The position numbers were made by a program, and so were the translations under genes. Positions 26,612 to 35,822 of a stretch of DNA of 64,000 nt are shown here, piece after piece. Within the stretch, counting starts at the first letter, position 1. The number at the start of each line of letters is the position of its first letter. The notes under the pieces were generated by a model that was not told the DNA's origin, searched no databases, and worked only from the letters and a program-made list of their open reading frames with translations. This stretch comes from a virus, in the IMG/VR virus record IMGVR_UViG_3300045988_183585, positions 1 through 64,000 of that record. One strand, 5' to 3'.

Positions 26612-28489
26612 CTATGCCACCTTGCTGATGACCTGCGCCGCATTGGAACGAATCTCGTTCTGCTCGACGGGGTCATTCGTGCATTTGGCGATGAGGCACG
26701 TGTCAATGTAATCTTCCAAATGAGCCATGTATCTGTCGTCACACTGCACGCAGCAGACGAGAGACTCCAGCTCGCAAATAGTGCAGGAACCTTCCGTGAT
26801 TTCCTTGTCGGCGCAGTAGCTCCGAATCTGCTCAAACACGTCGTACAGAGCGTTCAGCGTCTTGTCGTCACGGCTCCAGCCGGTGTTGTACTTGATGCGC
26901 TCCAGCATAGCCTGCTTTTCGATTTCAGTGCTGTCGAAAATCATCCGGCAACGCCGAATAACAGACTGGTCGATGGGGCGGCAGGAAGCATAGCCGACGT
27001 TATCCGTGAATACCACAACGGCATCCTTCTGACGATACGTGAAACCGCCGTCCACCAGCGGAATCATAGCACCCGGCAGGTCGTACTGGTTCAGTGCGAC
27101 CATAACGCCGGAGTCCTTGATACGGCTGATTTCCTGAATCTCGCAGATGTAACCGCGAGAAACGGCTTTCACGAAAGCGGACTCGACCACCTTCACAGGG
27201 GAAGTGCAGCCGGCGCGGGCAACCAACAGCTCAGAATACTTTGCGAAGCATTCCTCAGATGTGATGCCCGTGCCATCCTCGCCCGTCATGGTCGTCCACG
27301 CGGATTCGGGGTCGAAGGAAATCTCATCGAACGTGGGAAGTTCTCCACGCGCCGCATCCACGGGATTGCAGGGGACGAACTCAGAAATCAGGTCCTTCGC
27401 CAGCATATCGGTATGGCAGGTCAGCTCCAGCCGAGGAGTGTGCAGGATGCACGCCAGAACCTTCGTGCCGGTAGACTTACCGTAACCGGTAATGCCGCGC
27501 CACAGGAAGTTGCGGAAGGGTACGCGCATATTGGACGTAGCGACGATTTTGTCGGCCATCTCGATAACCTCAGGCTGAACCTTGAAGTCATCATCGAAGG
27601 TGGGAATCAGCAGTTCCTCGTCGGGCGTCCACGGGTGTGCGTCAGCCCACGCTGCGTATCTGAGCTTGGCAGCCTTCACGGTCATGCCCTTGGTAGAGCT
27701 TGAGGTGCTGTTGGCGGCCATTGTGCCACCGATGATGGTAGGTGTGCCGACAATGATGGTGCCGTTGAAAGCGCCGTTGTTGACCTTCTGCCGCGTCAAC
27801 GTATCCATGTTCCCGTTCTGGACGTTCAGCGGGACTTTGCCCGTCTCACAGCCATAGTAGAACATATCACTGAAGATATACAGATAGTTGAAGGCGGTAG
27901 ATGCTTCCACCATGTGAGCGCCCCAATCAGCGGGGTACTTGGCGCACAGGGCGAGAATCTCGTCACGGACGGTCTTGAGTTCCGAGTTGTCATCCACGAC
28001 AGCCAACTCCGGTGCCTCGTAGTAGAGGGACAGGACTTGGGGTGTCATTGCCAGCATAGCGCCGCTGAGGTCGATGTCGTCAGACTCAGAACCGATAGAC
28101 GGAGTACCCGCCCACTGGCCGGAAGGCATCGTCACGGCGGCACCCAGTTTACCGACAGAAGGCGCATTGGTCTGGAACACCGTTTTATAGGTGAACAGCA
28201 ACGTCTTCACGGTCGTGCCGGTAGAGTTGTCGCGGAACTCAGCGCTCCACAGATTGTCAGAGACCTGCAGCAGAGCATAGTCCTCAACAAAGCCGGGGAT
28301 ACCCAGATATGCCAGAAATGCTCTGGTTGCATAGGCGTGCAGCGTAGATTGCCCCTTCATAGACGGTCTCTGCGGCGCATTCCACTTGGAGAACGTCGTC
28401 GTGCTGCGGTTAGGCATTTGGTTCAGCCCGAAGGGGAGGGTACTGATGTCGAACCCTTTCTTACTTCTGAAGAGTACACAATTTGCCAT
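26612..28489 (-). CDS. MoxR-like AAA+ ATPase with ~330-aa uncharacterised N-terminal domain
   Basis: Walker A GITGYGKST. MoxR-type Walker B / sensor region YICEIQEISRIKDSGVMVALNQYD. The start is the ATG after the conserved cassette RBS. Confidence 0.75.
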   Translation of the reverse strand: MANCVLFRSKKGFDISTLPFGLNQMPNRSTTTFSKWNAPQRPSMKGQSTLHAYATRAFLAYLGIPGFVEDYALLQVSDNLWSAEFRDNSTGTTVKTLLFTYKTVFQTNAPSVGKLGAAVTMPSGQWAGTPSIGSESDDIDLSGAMLAMTPQVLSLYYEAPELAVVDDNSELKTVRDEILALCAKYPADWGAHMVEASTAFNYLYIFSDMFYYGCETGKVPLNVQNGNMDTLTRQKVNNGAFNGTIIVGTPTIIGGTMAANSTSSSTKGMTVKAAKLRYAAWADAHPWTPDEELLIPTFDDDFKVQPEVIEMADKIVATSNMRVPFRNFLWRGITGYGKSTGTKVLACILHTPRLELTCHTDMLAKDLISEFVPCNPVDAARGELPTFDEISFDPESAWTTMTGEDGTGITSEECFAKYSELLVARAGCTSPVKVVESAFVKAVSRGYICEIQEISRIKDSGVMVALNQYDLPGAMIPLVDGGFTYRQKDAVVVFTDNVGYASCRPIDQSVIRRCRMIFDSTEIEKQAMLERIKYNTGWSRDDKTLNALYDVFEQIRSYCADKEITEGSCTICELESLVCCVQCDDRYMAHLEDYIDTCLIAKCTNDPVEQNEIRSNAAQVISKVA

Positions 28490-28694
28490 GGTCTTTTTCT
28501 CCTTTCTCCCTGCCTGTAATAAGGACTTACGGGAATCCAAAAAATGTTATATATAGAAAAAGACAGTCACTTCCCAGAAAAGGGAAGTAACTGTCTTGAT
28601 TCTTTGTGGTGACTTGAAAACGGAGATAATCTCCTTTATAAAAATAGCTTCGTAATTATAATTCTATACTACCACAGTTTGATATTTTGTCAAT
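28490..28694 (-). promoter_or_regulatory. reiterated promoter-leader cassette, copy A
   Basis: Minus strand: TTGACA - 16 nt - TGgTAGTAT, GGAGATTATCTCC palindrome, covarying hairpin plus U-run, conserved CCCGTAAGTCCTTAT..GGGAGAAAGGAG, then ATG. Confidence 0.6.
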
Positions 28695-28706
28695 CGCTTT
28701 TGCTGT

Positions 28707-28737
28707 AAAAAAAAGAAGCTCCCGAAGGAGCTTCTTT
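28707..28737 (-). terminator. intrinsic terminator ending unit B
   Basis: agaagctcc cgaa ggagcttct flanked by T/A runs. Confidence 0.6.
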
Positions 28738-28835
28738 TGAAAAAATGTGGTTTGTCTTGAAGCGAAAGAATCAAAGGATTTTTGCTCGGACGGGGGTATT
28801 TAAGATTTGATGTGTTTTCCCACAAAACTTAATTT

Positions 28836-30320
28836 TCAGGCAGGGATAAAAACCATGCCAACATTCTTTGCGAGAAGCGCACATCTCTTTGTTAAAACCC
28901 TTGCTCCTTTCGTAGAATTGTAATAGTTCGGTGTACCATTGTTCCGTCCTGATGAGCCCTGAAAGACGCCAACAGCCCCATCAAAATCCATCACCGCACC
29001 CGGCATGATACGAGCCATGTCCTTGTACTGGGGCGAGTGGGGCCTTACGGTGAGCTGCGATACCGCAGCGTCGCCGTAAGCCTCGCGGAACTCCTCCAGA
29101 CTATCGGACTTTTGCTCAATGGCCTTATGCCGGTTTGCTGCAACGACCTTGCCATCCAGAAGGTACTTCCGGTCAACCATTTGGCGGATGCAGGATTGCC
29201 GGTCGTGCCGACGGAACTGCTTCAGCTTAAAGGGTTCGACAGGTGTGGAGACCGTCGTATCCGCATCCAAAATGGAACACGCAACACAGTAGGCATCCGT
29301 GTAATGTTCTTTCGGCACGTTCTTGGCAATACGGAAGCCCTTGGTGGACTTACCATCCGTGGCATAGACATCGTAGGGAGTCTCTTCACCGAGGTACTCC
29401 ATCAGGAACGGGATAATCTGATTTAACACACTCAGGGCGTGGTACTTTTTATTCATACCGCCCTTGCTTGTGACCAGCTTCTCCGCCCACGCCTTGTCCT
29501 TGTGGACGAGGGCGTGATGCCTCTCGCAAAGCCCGCACCGGTTTGCCAGCGTCTCGCTTCCACCCTTATGGCGTGGAACAACGTGGTGATAATGGTCAAT
29601 GGGCTTCTTGCAGAACAGGCAATGTCCGTCCTGCTGTGCGTACACCGCATCCTCCACGGAACCCAGTCCGCACAGCGGACCCTGCTGGTATTCCCACCGA
29701 CGGATATTGGGATTATCCATCGCCATGAAAGCAAAGCGGTTTAGCTCCACTACCACCTTTGTGATGGGTAGAACCTTTGCAATCTTCGCAATCAGGTTAA
29801 TGTGGGTCTGCAGCAGGTGATTTGCTGTAGGTGTCAACCAACCCGCAGGGCGGCTGCGGTTGTTGAACCGCGCCTCCTTATTGCGGATATGGTGGCACAC
29901 AATGGGTGTACTGTATCCGGGGAGCAATCTCTCGACAGAACCCTCGGCGATAGTGGTTCCTGCAGCCTTCGCACGACGCTGACGCTTCCTGCGCCGGTCC
30001 AGCGTACGATGGTTTCTCCGAAACGCAGCACGCTTCTTCATCAAGAGAGGTACTTCCTTGTTGCGAGTCTCCAGATGTGCGGAGAACACGCACTGGCCGT
30101 CCTCCTTGACGACAGCAACGCCGATATTCGTCCTGCCGGGGTCGATGCCAAGAATCAGGTCTTGGGTAACATCAGGGGTATCATAGTTCAACTGGATGGT
30201 AAACGGGGTAGTGCAAACAACTCGTGCTTTCTTCTCCTTCAGGAGAAGGCGCACATAGCAATAGCGAGTTGTCGGCATCAAAGGTTTACCGTCTTTGTTT
30301 TGCACATAGACCATTGTCAT
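28836..30320 (-). CDS. iscB: IscB RNA-guided nuclease (PLMP domain, split RuvC with inserted HNH)
   Basis: GKPLMPT (PLMP domain). LGIDPGRTNIGVAV (RuvC-I). R-rich bridge helix RRNHRTLDRRRKRQRR. HNH CLFCKKPIDHYHHVVP..N..CGLCERHH. VVVELN (RuvC-II). HYTDAYCVA (RuvC-III). Confidence 0.9.
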   Translation of the reverse strand: MTMVYVQNKDGKPLMPTTRYCYVRLLLKEKKARVVCTTPFTIQLNYDTPDVTQDLILGIDPGRTNIGVAVVKEDGQCVFSAHLETRNKEVPLLMKKRAAFRRNHRTLDRRRKRQRRAKAAGTTIAEGSVERLLPGYSTPIVCHHIRNKEARFNNRSRPAGWLTPTANHLLQTHINLIAKIAKVLPITKVVVELNRFAFMAMDNPNIRRWEYQQGPLCGLGSVEDAVYAQQDGHCLFCKKPIDHYHHVVPRHKGGSETLANRCGLCERHHALVHKDKAWAEKLVTSKGGMNKKYHALSVLNQIIPFLMEYLGEETPYDVYATDGKSTKGFRIAKNVPKEHYTDAYCVACSILDADTTVSTPVEPFKLKQFRRHDRQSCIRQMVDRKYLLDGKVVAANRHKAIEQKSDSLEEFREAYGDAAVSQLTVRPHSPQYKDMARIMPGAVMDFDGAVGVFQGSSGRNNGTPNYYNSTKGARVLTKRCALLAKNVGMVFIPA

Positions 30321-30485
30321 GTGCGCTCATCTCCTTTCAGTAGTGTCTCACCTCCAGAGGAGGCGGTAGTGTCTCCCTTACCTCGGCGTATGCTTGGCAG
30401 AGCTGCGAGCTGGGAAAACCCGCAGGTGCATCCGTACCCTCTATCTGAGGGACTTACATACGTCGGTGTGGCTGTGACTATTAGA
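30321..30485 (-). ncRNA. candidate omega-RNA scaffold region upstream of iscB (within IS left end)
   Basis: A ~165-nt non-coding stretch between the left inverted repeat and the iscB start. This is where IscB omega-RNAs are encoded in known systems. No structure was verified. Confidence 0.3.
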
Positions 30486-30503
30486 CTTTTGTGGGGTTCC
30501 ACA

Positions 30504-31574
30504 TCAAATCTTAAATAGCCCTCGGACGGTATAGGTGAACGGAGCTACCCCATCATCCGAACTCTTATCCCACGATTCCTTGATTTCGTTGATGGGTACA
30601 CCTGCCACACGACGCCAAGCGACGTCATCGGCGAAACCATCAATCATCGGGATGTCCTCCAGAAGCGCATCAAGCGCACCGCCTTGGCGCAAGTCAATGT
30701 ACTTCGGATTGAGCATAACTGCTCCCTCAGAGAGCAGCATACGCGCCCAGAGCTGGTATTCCAGCGACCAACGGGACGTTTCCGTCGGCAGGTCGCCATA
30801 CAGCTCATCCAGTTTCCGCAGGATGGAAGCGCAAATCACACAACCTTCAGGATGTCCGTGATGCGTACCGAGATACGGCAGCTTTGCAAAGAACAGAGGA
30901 TTCCCAGAATACTCATCTTCCGCATAGGCGTAAAACGTCAGCTTCATGTCAGCCGCCGCGAAGAACCGGTCAGGAAGGATGTCCTTCACTTTGCAGTTGC
31001 TCCAGACGACATCATCCGAAAGGAATCTGAAGCCGAGAGGCTCCGTTCTTTCCGGTGTGAGGTACTTCCACGCCATATGGCGAACGAGGGCAACGAGCCC
31101 CAGCTCATGCCGCAGCGTCGGCACATCGTCAAAGATTCTGCGGATGTTTGCCCGCAGCTTCTCTTCGCTTCGTTCCACGCACTCGAAAAAGAGCTTACAG
31201 GACGACCCGTTCGTGAACACAACGCTCAGTGTCACGAGCCAAGGTGCGAAATCATCAGGCTTCAGAACATACTCTTTCTGCCCAGTACAGGCGACCGGCA
31301 CAAACCAACCACCCGCACGAGTTTCGCTATACGAAGCGTCCTCCGCAGCATAGGCGGTTGTTCTGAAGGCATCGTCGGTGTCCTTATCAGGAATATCAAT
31401 GGTATCGCCCTTGCAGATATACTTGAAGGGGACATACATTTCCACCTCTCTAATGCCGTCGCCATCTGCATCATCCGTATCACGGCAGTAACGCACGATA
31501 TGGACCAATACGTTCTCGTCGCAGTGCAGCTTTCGCTTATTCGAAATCAGATTATCCATGTTTTCTCCTTTCAC
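30504..31574 (-). CDS. hypothetical protein, paralog A of a tandem pair
   Basis: Shares PLFFAKLPxLG..PEG..LxKLDExYGDLPxxTxxWxLEYQLWARMLLxEGAVMLNPK with the next gene. Its last ~4 codons and stop lie inside the IscB left inverted repeat. Confidence 0.6.
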   Translation of the reverse strand: MKGENMDNLISNKRKLHCDENVLVHIVRYCRDTDDADGDGIREVEMYVPFKYICKGDTIDIPDKDTDDAFRTTAYAAEDASYSETRAGGWFVPVACTGQKEYVLKPDDFAPWLVTLSVVFTNGSSCKLFFECVERSEEKLRANIRRIFDDVPTLRHELGLVALVRHMAWKYLTPERTEPLGFRFLSDDVVWSNCKVKDILPDRFFAAADMKLTFYAYAEDEYSGNPLFFAKLPYLGTHHGHPEGCVICASILRKLDELYGDLPTETSRWSLEYQLWARMLLSEGAVMLNPKYIDLRQGGALDALLEDIPMIDGFADDVAWRRVAGVPINEIKESWDKSSDDGVAPFTYTVRGLFKI

Positions 31575-31576
31575 CT

Positions 31577-32614
31577 TCAGCCAGTTACGATGCAGGTAAA
31601 AGCCTCATCGCCGGACTCACTCATGTCATTCTCCCACGCCTCGGCGATTACGCTGATAGGTGTTTTGACAGCCTTTGCCCACGCAATACCGTCACCGCTG
31701 TCTTTCAGCATTTTATTACCGAATGCCAGCGTTATGAATTCGTAGGAGCAGTCGGGGAGGTCGAGGTGCTTCGGATTCAGCATGACCGCACCTTCTGCCA
31801 GCAGCATACGAGCCCAAAGTTGATACTCCAGTGCCCATTTTTCTGTGTCTTCAGGCAGGTCGCCGTACATCTCGTCCAGCTTCTGCAGCAGTTCTGCGAT
31901 TGCAGCACGTCCCTCAGGCTTGTTGTACCGTTCGCCCAAATCGGGCAGTTTGGCAAAGAACAGTGGGGACGCTGAATACTCGCCGTCGGAATAGGCGAAG
32001 AACGTCAGCTCCATGGCAGGGGAATTGAAGAACTTCTCAGAAAGAATGTCCTTCACACCGCACTGGGTGAAGTTTACGCTGTCCGAAATGAGGCGGAAGC
32101 CGAACTGCTCCGTCCACTCGCGGGTAAGGTCTCTCTTTGCCATGGCTGCAACTATGCCGGAATGCCGTCCGCAGGTGTTTTTCGGCTCAACACGCGGCTC
32201 AAATCTCGCCCGCATATTGTTGACGATAGCTTCAGTATCGTTGAGGACACTCTCAAAAAGCAGCCGGCAGCCGCGCCACGCTCCTTCGTCGGTGACGGAA
32301 AGGCTGATGATGTAGGGGGCAAAATCGGCGGGATGGAGAACCATTACCGTCTTGCCGCCGTCCTCAGTGACCTTCACAGACCAACCGCACTCGTTCCCGT
32401 ATCGCTCGTTCTTCTTGAACGAAGCATTTGTGAGAACGGAAAAGTGCAGCTCGTGACCATCGCTGAAGACGCTCACAGAATCGCTCTTGCGGATGTCCTT
32501 GAAAGGAACGAAGGTGGTCTCGAATCTGTCGTACTTAGGGTTGTGGCGGTAGACCTTAACCAACGTGTTCTCGTTGCAGAAGGATGCAGCGGCTCTGATA
32601 GATGTATTACCCAT
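31577..32614 (-). CDS. hypothetical protein, paralog B of the tandem pair
   Basis: See paralog A. It ends ..FTCIVTG, whereas A ends ..FTYTVRGLFKI. Confidence 0.6.
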   Translation of the reverse strand: MGNTSIRAAASFCNENTLVKVYRHNPKYDRFETTFVPFKDIRKSDSVSVFSDGHELHFSVLTNASFKKNERYGNECGWSVKVTEDGGKTVMVLHPADFAPYIISLSVTDEGAWRGCRLLFESVLNDTEAIVNNMRARFEPRVEPKNTCGRHSGIVAAMAKRDLTREWTEQFGFRLISDSVNFTQCGVKDILSEKFFNSPAMELTFFAYSDGEYSASPLFFAKLPDLGERYNKPEGRAAIAELLQKLDEMYGDLPEDTEKWALEYQLWARMLLAEGAVMLNPKHLDLPDCSYEFITLAFGNKMLKDSGDGIAWAKAVKTPISVIAEAWENDMSESGDEAFTCIVTG

Positions 32615-32647
32615 AATTTTTCTCCTTTCTTTTTGAAAAAAAACAGC

Positions 32648-32866
32648 TCAGATTTTGTCGAAATCATCGACGCCCGGAACGAGCGACAGCGTGCGTCCAT
32701 TATCCCAACGCATATGAATCTGGCCGTTATCGTCCACATAAGTGACTTTACCGGTCGTGCCGTCTGCCACAGGAAACTTGCTTTCGTCCATGTGTTTCAG
32801 TCTGATTCTTGTGCCTTCGGGATACTCTGTCCTGATGGATGCGATTTCCGCAGTGCTGTATGCCAT
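32648..32866 (-). CDS. small hypothetical protein
   Basis: 72-aa ORF with an AAAGGAG RBS. Confidence 0.5.
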   Translation of the reverse strand: MAYSTAEIASIRTEYPEGTRIRLKHMDESKFPVADGTTGKVTYVDDNGQIHMRWDNGRTLSLVPGVDDFDKI

Positions 32867-32933
32867 TTGAAATTCTCCTTTCTTTTTTGTGAAAGCAGGG
32901 GAGAGGCAGAGTGCCTCTCCCGCAGGCTTTGAT

Positions 32934-33101
32934 TTAACCGGTTATGACCGCTACAATAACCAAAACAATGGTGAGCGCAATAGTACCAAAGGCAGCCGGA
33001 AGCATTTCTGGCTGGTCTGATTTTTTTGCGGCTATGACTGAGACGACCATTGCGGCGATGATAAGAACGACATAGGCTATAAACAAGGGGTTCGTCAGCA
33101 T
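32934..33101 (-). CDS. small membrane protein
   Basis: Start moved to MLTNPLF. Two TM helices. Confidence 0.4.
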   Translation of the reverse strand: MLTNPLFIAYVVLIIAAMVVSVIAAKKSDQPEMLPAAFGTIALTIVLVIVAVITG

Positions 33102-33126
33102 TTTGAACACGTCCTTCTCACCTCCG

Positions 33127-33288
33127 TTAATACCACCGAACAAGTGCGAACAGTTCCACCATAATAACGCCCACAGAAACGCTGCAGATGATTGGCGGTA
33201 AGAGGTCCTGTGTGTCCAGTCTCCTTATGCCAAGGAATATGCCGCACATCACGAGAATGGTCAGTGCAAAGTAAAGAATAATCGACAT
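33127..33288 (-). CDS. small membrane protein
   Basis: Start moved to MSIILYF. Two TM helices. Confidence 0.4.
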   Translation of the reverse strand: MSIILYFALTILVMCGIFLGIRRLDTQDLLPPIICSVSVGVIMVELFALVRWY

Positions 33289-33293
33289 TAGAG

Positions 33294-33935
33294 TTACTCC
33301 ACCTCGCTCTTTTCCAGCTCGGAAAGGTTGTCGCATTCAAATCCGCAGGTCATGCAGTGATATGAACCGTAGGGGTCAGACGACTCGTAGATGTTAGATT
33401 CGATTTCGTCGTTGATATTTCCGAGGAAATCTCCCGTTTCGATGTCAACCAACACATCAATGTGGAGGACCTGATGACCGGAGAAGGATACGCCGCCACA
33501 GTTGGGGCAGCAGCGGGTATATGCCTTCTGCTCCCGCTCTGATGTACCAGATTCGATGTCTTCAAACGCTTCGGCAAGCGTGAGAAGCATCTCGTCGATT
33601 TCCTTAGCGTCATCGACAAGAATCGACAGCTTCGGAACGCCGGACTCACCTCTCATAGAAGCCTCTGCGAACAGTCCAACGTGTTCGTCGATGTCAAAGT
33701 CATCGTAGACACGGCGCACCGCAGCAGCCACACCGTCGCTGAAGTCATCGTCGGCGTACAGGTCGAAGGAATAGTCCTCGCCGGCAGGCGACCCCTGCCT
33801 GAAGGTGAATACTCCGCAAACCTTGTTCTCGTCGATGACCCAGCCCAGTGCTTCTGCCTTTTCGCGGTAGTTGGACGGAATCAGGTCAGGAACGCTGGTC
33901 TCGACCTCCGCAGCGTTTTTTTGGTTATTCTCCAT
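33294..33935 (-). CDS. acidic hypothetical protein with two zinc-ribbon motifs
   Basis: Start at MENNQKN, with a GAAAGGAGAACAAATC RBS. CCPNCGG and CMTCGFEC. Confidence 0.55.
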   Translation of the reverse strand: MENNQKNAAEVETSVPDLIPSNYREKAEALGWVIDENKVCGVFTFRQGSPAGEDYSFDLYADDDFSDGVAAAVRRVYDDFDIDEHVGLFAEASMRGESGVPKLSILVDDAKEIDEMLLTLAEAFEDIESGTSEREQKAYTRCCPNCGGVSFSGHQVLHIDVLVDIETGDFLGNINDEIESNIYESSDPYGSYHCMTCGFECDNLSELEKSEVE

Positions 33936-33960
33936 GATTTGTTCTCCTTTCTTTTTTTCG

Positions 33961-34749
33961 TTAGGCTTCGACACCGAACACCTTTTTGCAGATGGAATGA
34001 ATAGCCACGAACTGTTCCTGAAGCTGTGCCGGCACGAGGGAGACGGAGAGACCGGCATCGCGCCATACACTTTGGCCTGCGAATGCTTTGTCCCACAGTT
34101 CTCCGCGTTCATGCTGTGCCTCCATCAGCCGTTCGTTCTGCTCTTCCTCTGTGCGCCCAGAAACAATATATTCCTGTGTGAACGCATCAAAAGACGAAGT
34201 GCTCATTTCCGTCTGGTCGGTGTACTCAAAGCGGGGATATGTGGAGTCGATGAAACGGGCTGTCTCTCTGGTGAGATTGAACCCTTTCATGTAGGTACTG
34301 CCATTATCGCCCTTGAGGAACAGCAATGATGCCTGCCAATCACGGGAGACGATTTCGTAGATTTCAGTGATAACGTCGAGCAGATTTCTCTTCTGCTCTA
34401 CTGTCAATGAAATCTTCCGTTTCTGTGCCTCATTCTGCAGAATCTGTTCCGCAGAGCTTTTGGCGTTATCCGTCATCGTGAAAGATGGCGTCCAATCGTA
34501 CATCAAAACGCACTTGTGAACGACGTTCGCGGCGATTGACGCAAAAACAGGCCTGAGTTCCTCGACATTCTCTACAGACTTTTTGGCGAAGATGATAGCG
34601 AGCTGGCAGAAATCGAGCGAGTTGTAGACAGCGTCCACGAAGGACTTCTGCTGCACTTCCCGAATCTCATTGCCGAGCTTGACCAACTCCCCGATGTCGG
34701 TAGAGTTGATACGCCAAGCGTCAAAGATTTTTGTACTCATTTCAGGCAC
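33961..34749 (-). CDS. hypothetical protein
   Basis: 262-aa ORF. Confidence 0.55.
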   Translation of the reverse strand: MPEMSTKIFDAWRINSTDIGELVKLGNEIREVQQKSFVDAVYNSLDFCQLAIIFAKKSVENVEELRPVFASIAANVVHKCVLMYDWTPSFTMTDNAKSSAEQILQNEAQKRKISLTVEQKRNLLDVITEIYEIVSRDWQASLLFLKGDNGSTYMKGFNLTRETARFIDSTYPRFEYTDQTEMSTSSFDAFTQEYIVSGRTEEEQNERLMEAQHERGELWDKAFAGQSVWRDAGLSVSLVPAQLQEQFVAIHSICKKVFGVEA

Positions 34750-35105
34750 CCGCCTTCCTTGAGAGTGTCCATGACCTTCTCCAGCACGGTCAACGGGGCG
34801 TTGAAGCCGAAGTCGCCAACGGTTCTGCGAAGAGCTATGAGCAATTCCGCCTGATGGTGATAGTCCTTGGCAGCCTGTTCCGTCTGATACAGCCGGTAAT
34901 CTGTACTCCAGTACATGGAGTTCTGCTGGAAGTAGGGATTTCTGTTCGCATCTTCGGAAGGAGCCTTGTAGTATCGACAGTCTCTATTGTCTGTCAGCCA
35001 CTTGGTTCCAACCTTGACCGTGACCTCATCCACCACCTTTCCGTGCCGCCGTTCGGCATTACTACCGATAATAGGCACGCGGTAGAGTCTCATCTCAACA
35101 GCCAT
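34737..35105 (-). CDS. hypothetical protein
   Basis: 122-aa ORF. Confidence 0.5.
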   Translation of the reverse strand: MAVEMRLYRVPIIGSNAERRHGKVVDEVTVKVGTKWLTDNRDCRYYKAPSEDANRNPYFQQNSMYWSTDYRLYQTEQAAKDYHHQAELLIALRRTVGDFGFNAPLTVLEKVMDTLKEGGCLK

Positions 35106-35304
35106 TGTTCTTGCTCCTTTCTTCGTCCGTCAACCCGCCATCCACAGCCATGTCCGTCAGCGTATTGATGACGCTGGTAAGGCGCTGTGCGAACGGGGTG
35201 TAGGGATTCGATAACTCACTGCGGCGTTCCATCAGAATCGCCATAGCGAACTGAGCGTCATTGACGTTCTTCAGTTCCTCGATAGTCCAACGATGCTTAC
35301 TCAC
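35095..35304 (-). CDS. hypothetical protein
   Basis: 69-aa ORF overlapping both neighbours by a few nt. Confidence 0.45.
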   Translation of the reverse strand: MSKHRWTIEELKNVNDAQFAMAILMERRSELSNPYTPFAQRLTSVINTLTDMAVDGGLTDEERSKNNGC

Positions 35305-35606
35305 TTCTGCTCACCTCTCTTCTTCATTGCTGCCGCATATGCGACACCCAGTGCGAACTCCATGGACGTAATCACCTCGGCGACAGTGGGCGCGGGCTTG
35401 CTCAAATCACGGGCATAGCCACGCCGGTCGTTCAGGTGGGTGGTCAGGGTATCGCGCACCTTACCGCAGACCTCCGGTAGCTCCAGTAGCTTGCTCAGTG
35501 CGTCGTTGACCTCACGGGCAGGCATCTTGTTGGAAGGGTTGAACAGCAGCTCGTTCCGATACGTGGACAGAGTGCAGTCGATGAAATGCAGCGTAGATGT
35601 ATTCAT
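35301..35606 (-). CDS. hypothetical protein
   Basis: 101-aa ORF. Confidence 0.45.
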   Translation of the reverse strand: MNTSTLHFIDCTLSTYRNELLFNPSNKMPAREVNDALSKLLELPEVCGKVRDTLTTHLNDRRGYARDLSKPAPTVAEVITSMEFALGVAYAAAMKKRGEQK

Positions 35607-35639
35607 AATAATTTCTCCTTTCTTTTGAAGTCGATTGCA

Positions 35640-35822
35640 TCAGCAGCCATCAGCAGGGTAGGGCGGGATGGTAACGGACAGGTTGTAGATGTGGTTGCCG
35701 CAGCGAACACACTCGGCATCCTTGTCCCACAACCCACGTTCCTTCATGCCGCGCACGCTGCCCGTACAGTGAATGGACGGGTGCGTGTCTCGCTCATGTT
35801 TGGTGAGCTTCTTGTACTTCAT
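35640..35822 (-). CDS. small Cys-containing protein, first gene of unit B
   Basis: The start directly follows the cassette RBS GAAAGGAGAAACACC. Confidence 0.4.
   Translation of the reverse strand: MKYKKLTKHERDTHPSIHCTGSVRGMKERGLWDKDAECVRCGNHIYNLSVTIPPYPADGC

Larger units (their letters stand above)
28798..30518 (-). mobile_element. compact IS200/IS605-family IscB element (no TnpA) bounded by ~32-bp imperfect terminal inverted repeats
   Basis: TATTTAAGATTTGATGTG-N4-CCCACAAAA appears on the plus strand at ~28798-28830. Its reverse complement is at ~30487-30518. Each end has a short GTGG..CCAC hairpin. Confidence 0.65.

Noticed and set aside
28490-28540. N-terminal extensions such as MDSRKSLLQAGRKEK recurring on several track ORFs
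   Set aside because: They are in-frame translations of the conserved non-coding cassette (CCCGTAAGTCCTTAT..GGGAGAAAGGAG). The real starts are the ATG/GTG after the RBS.
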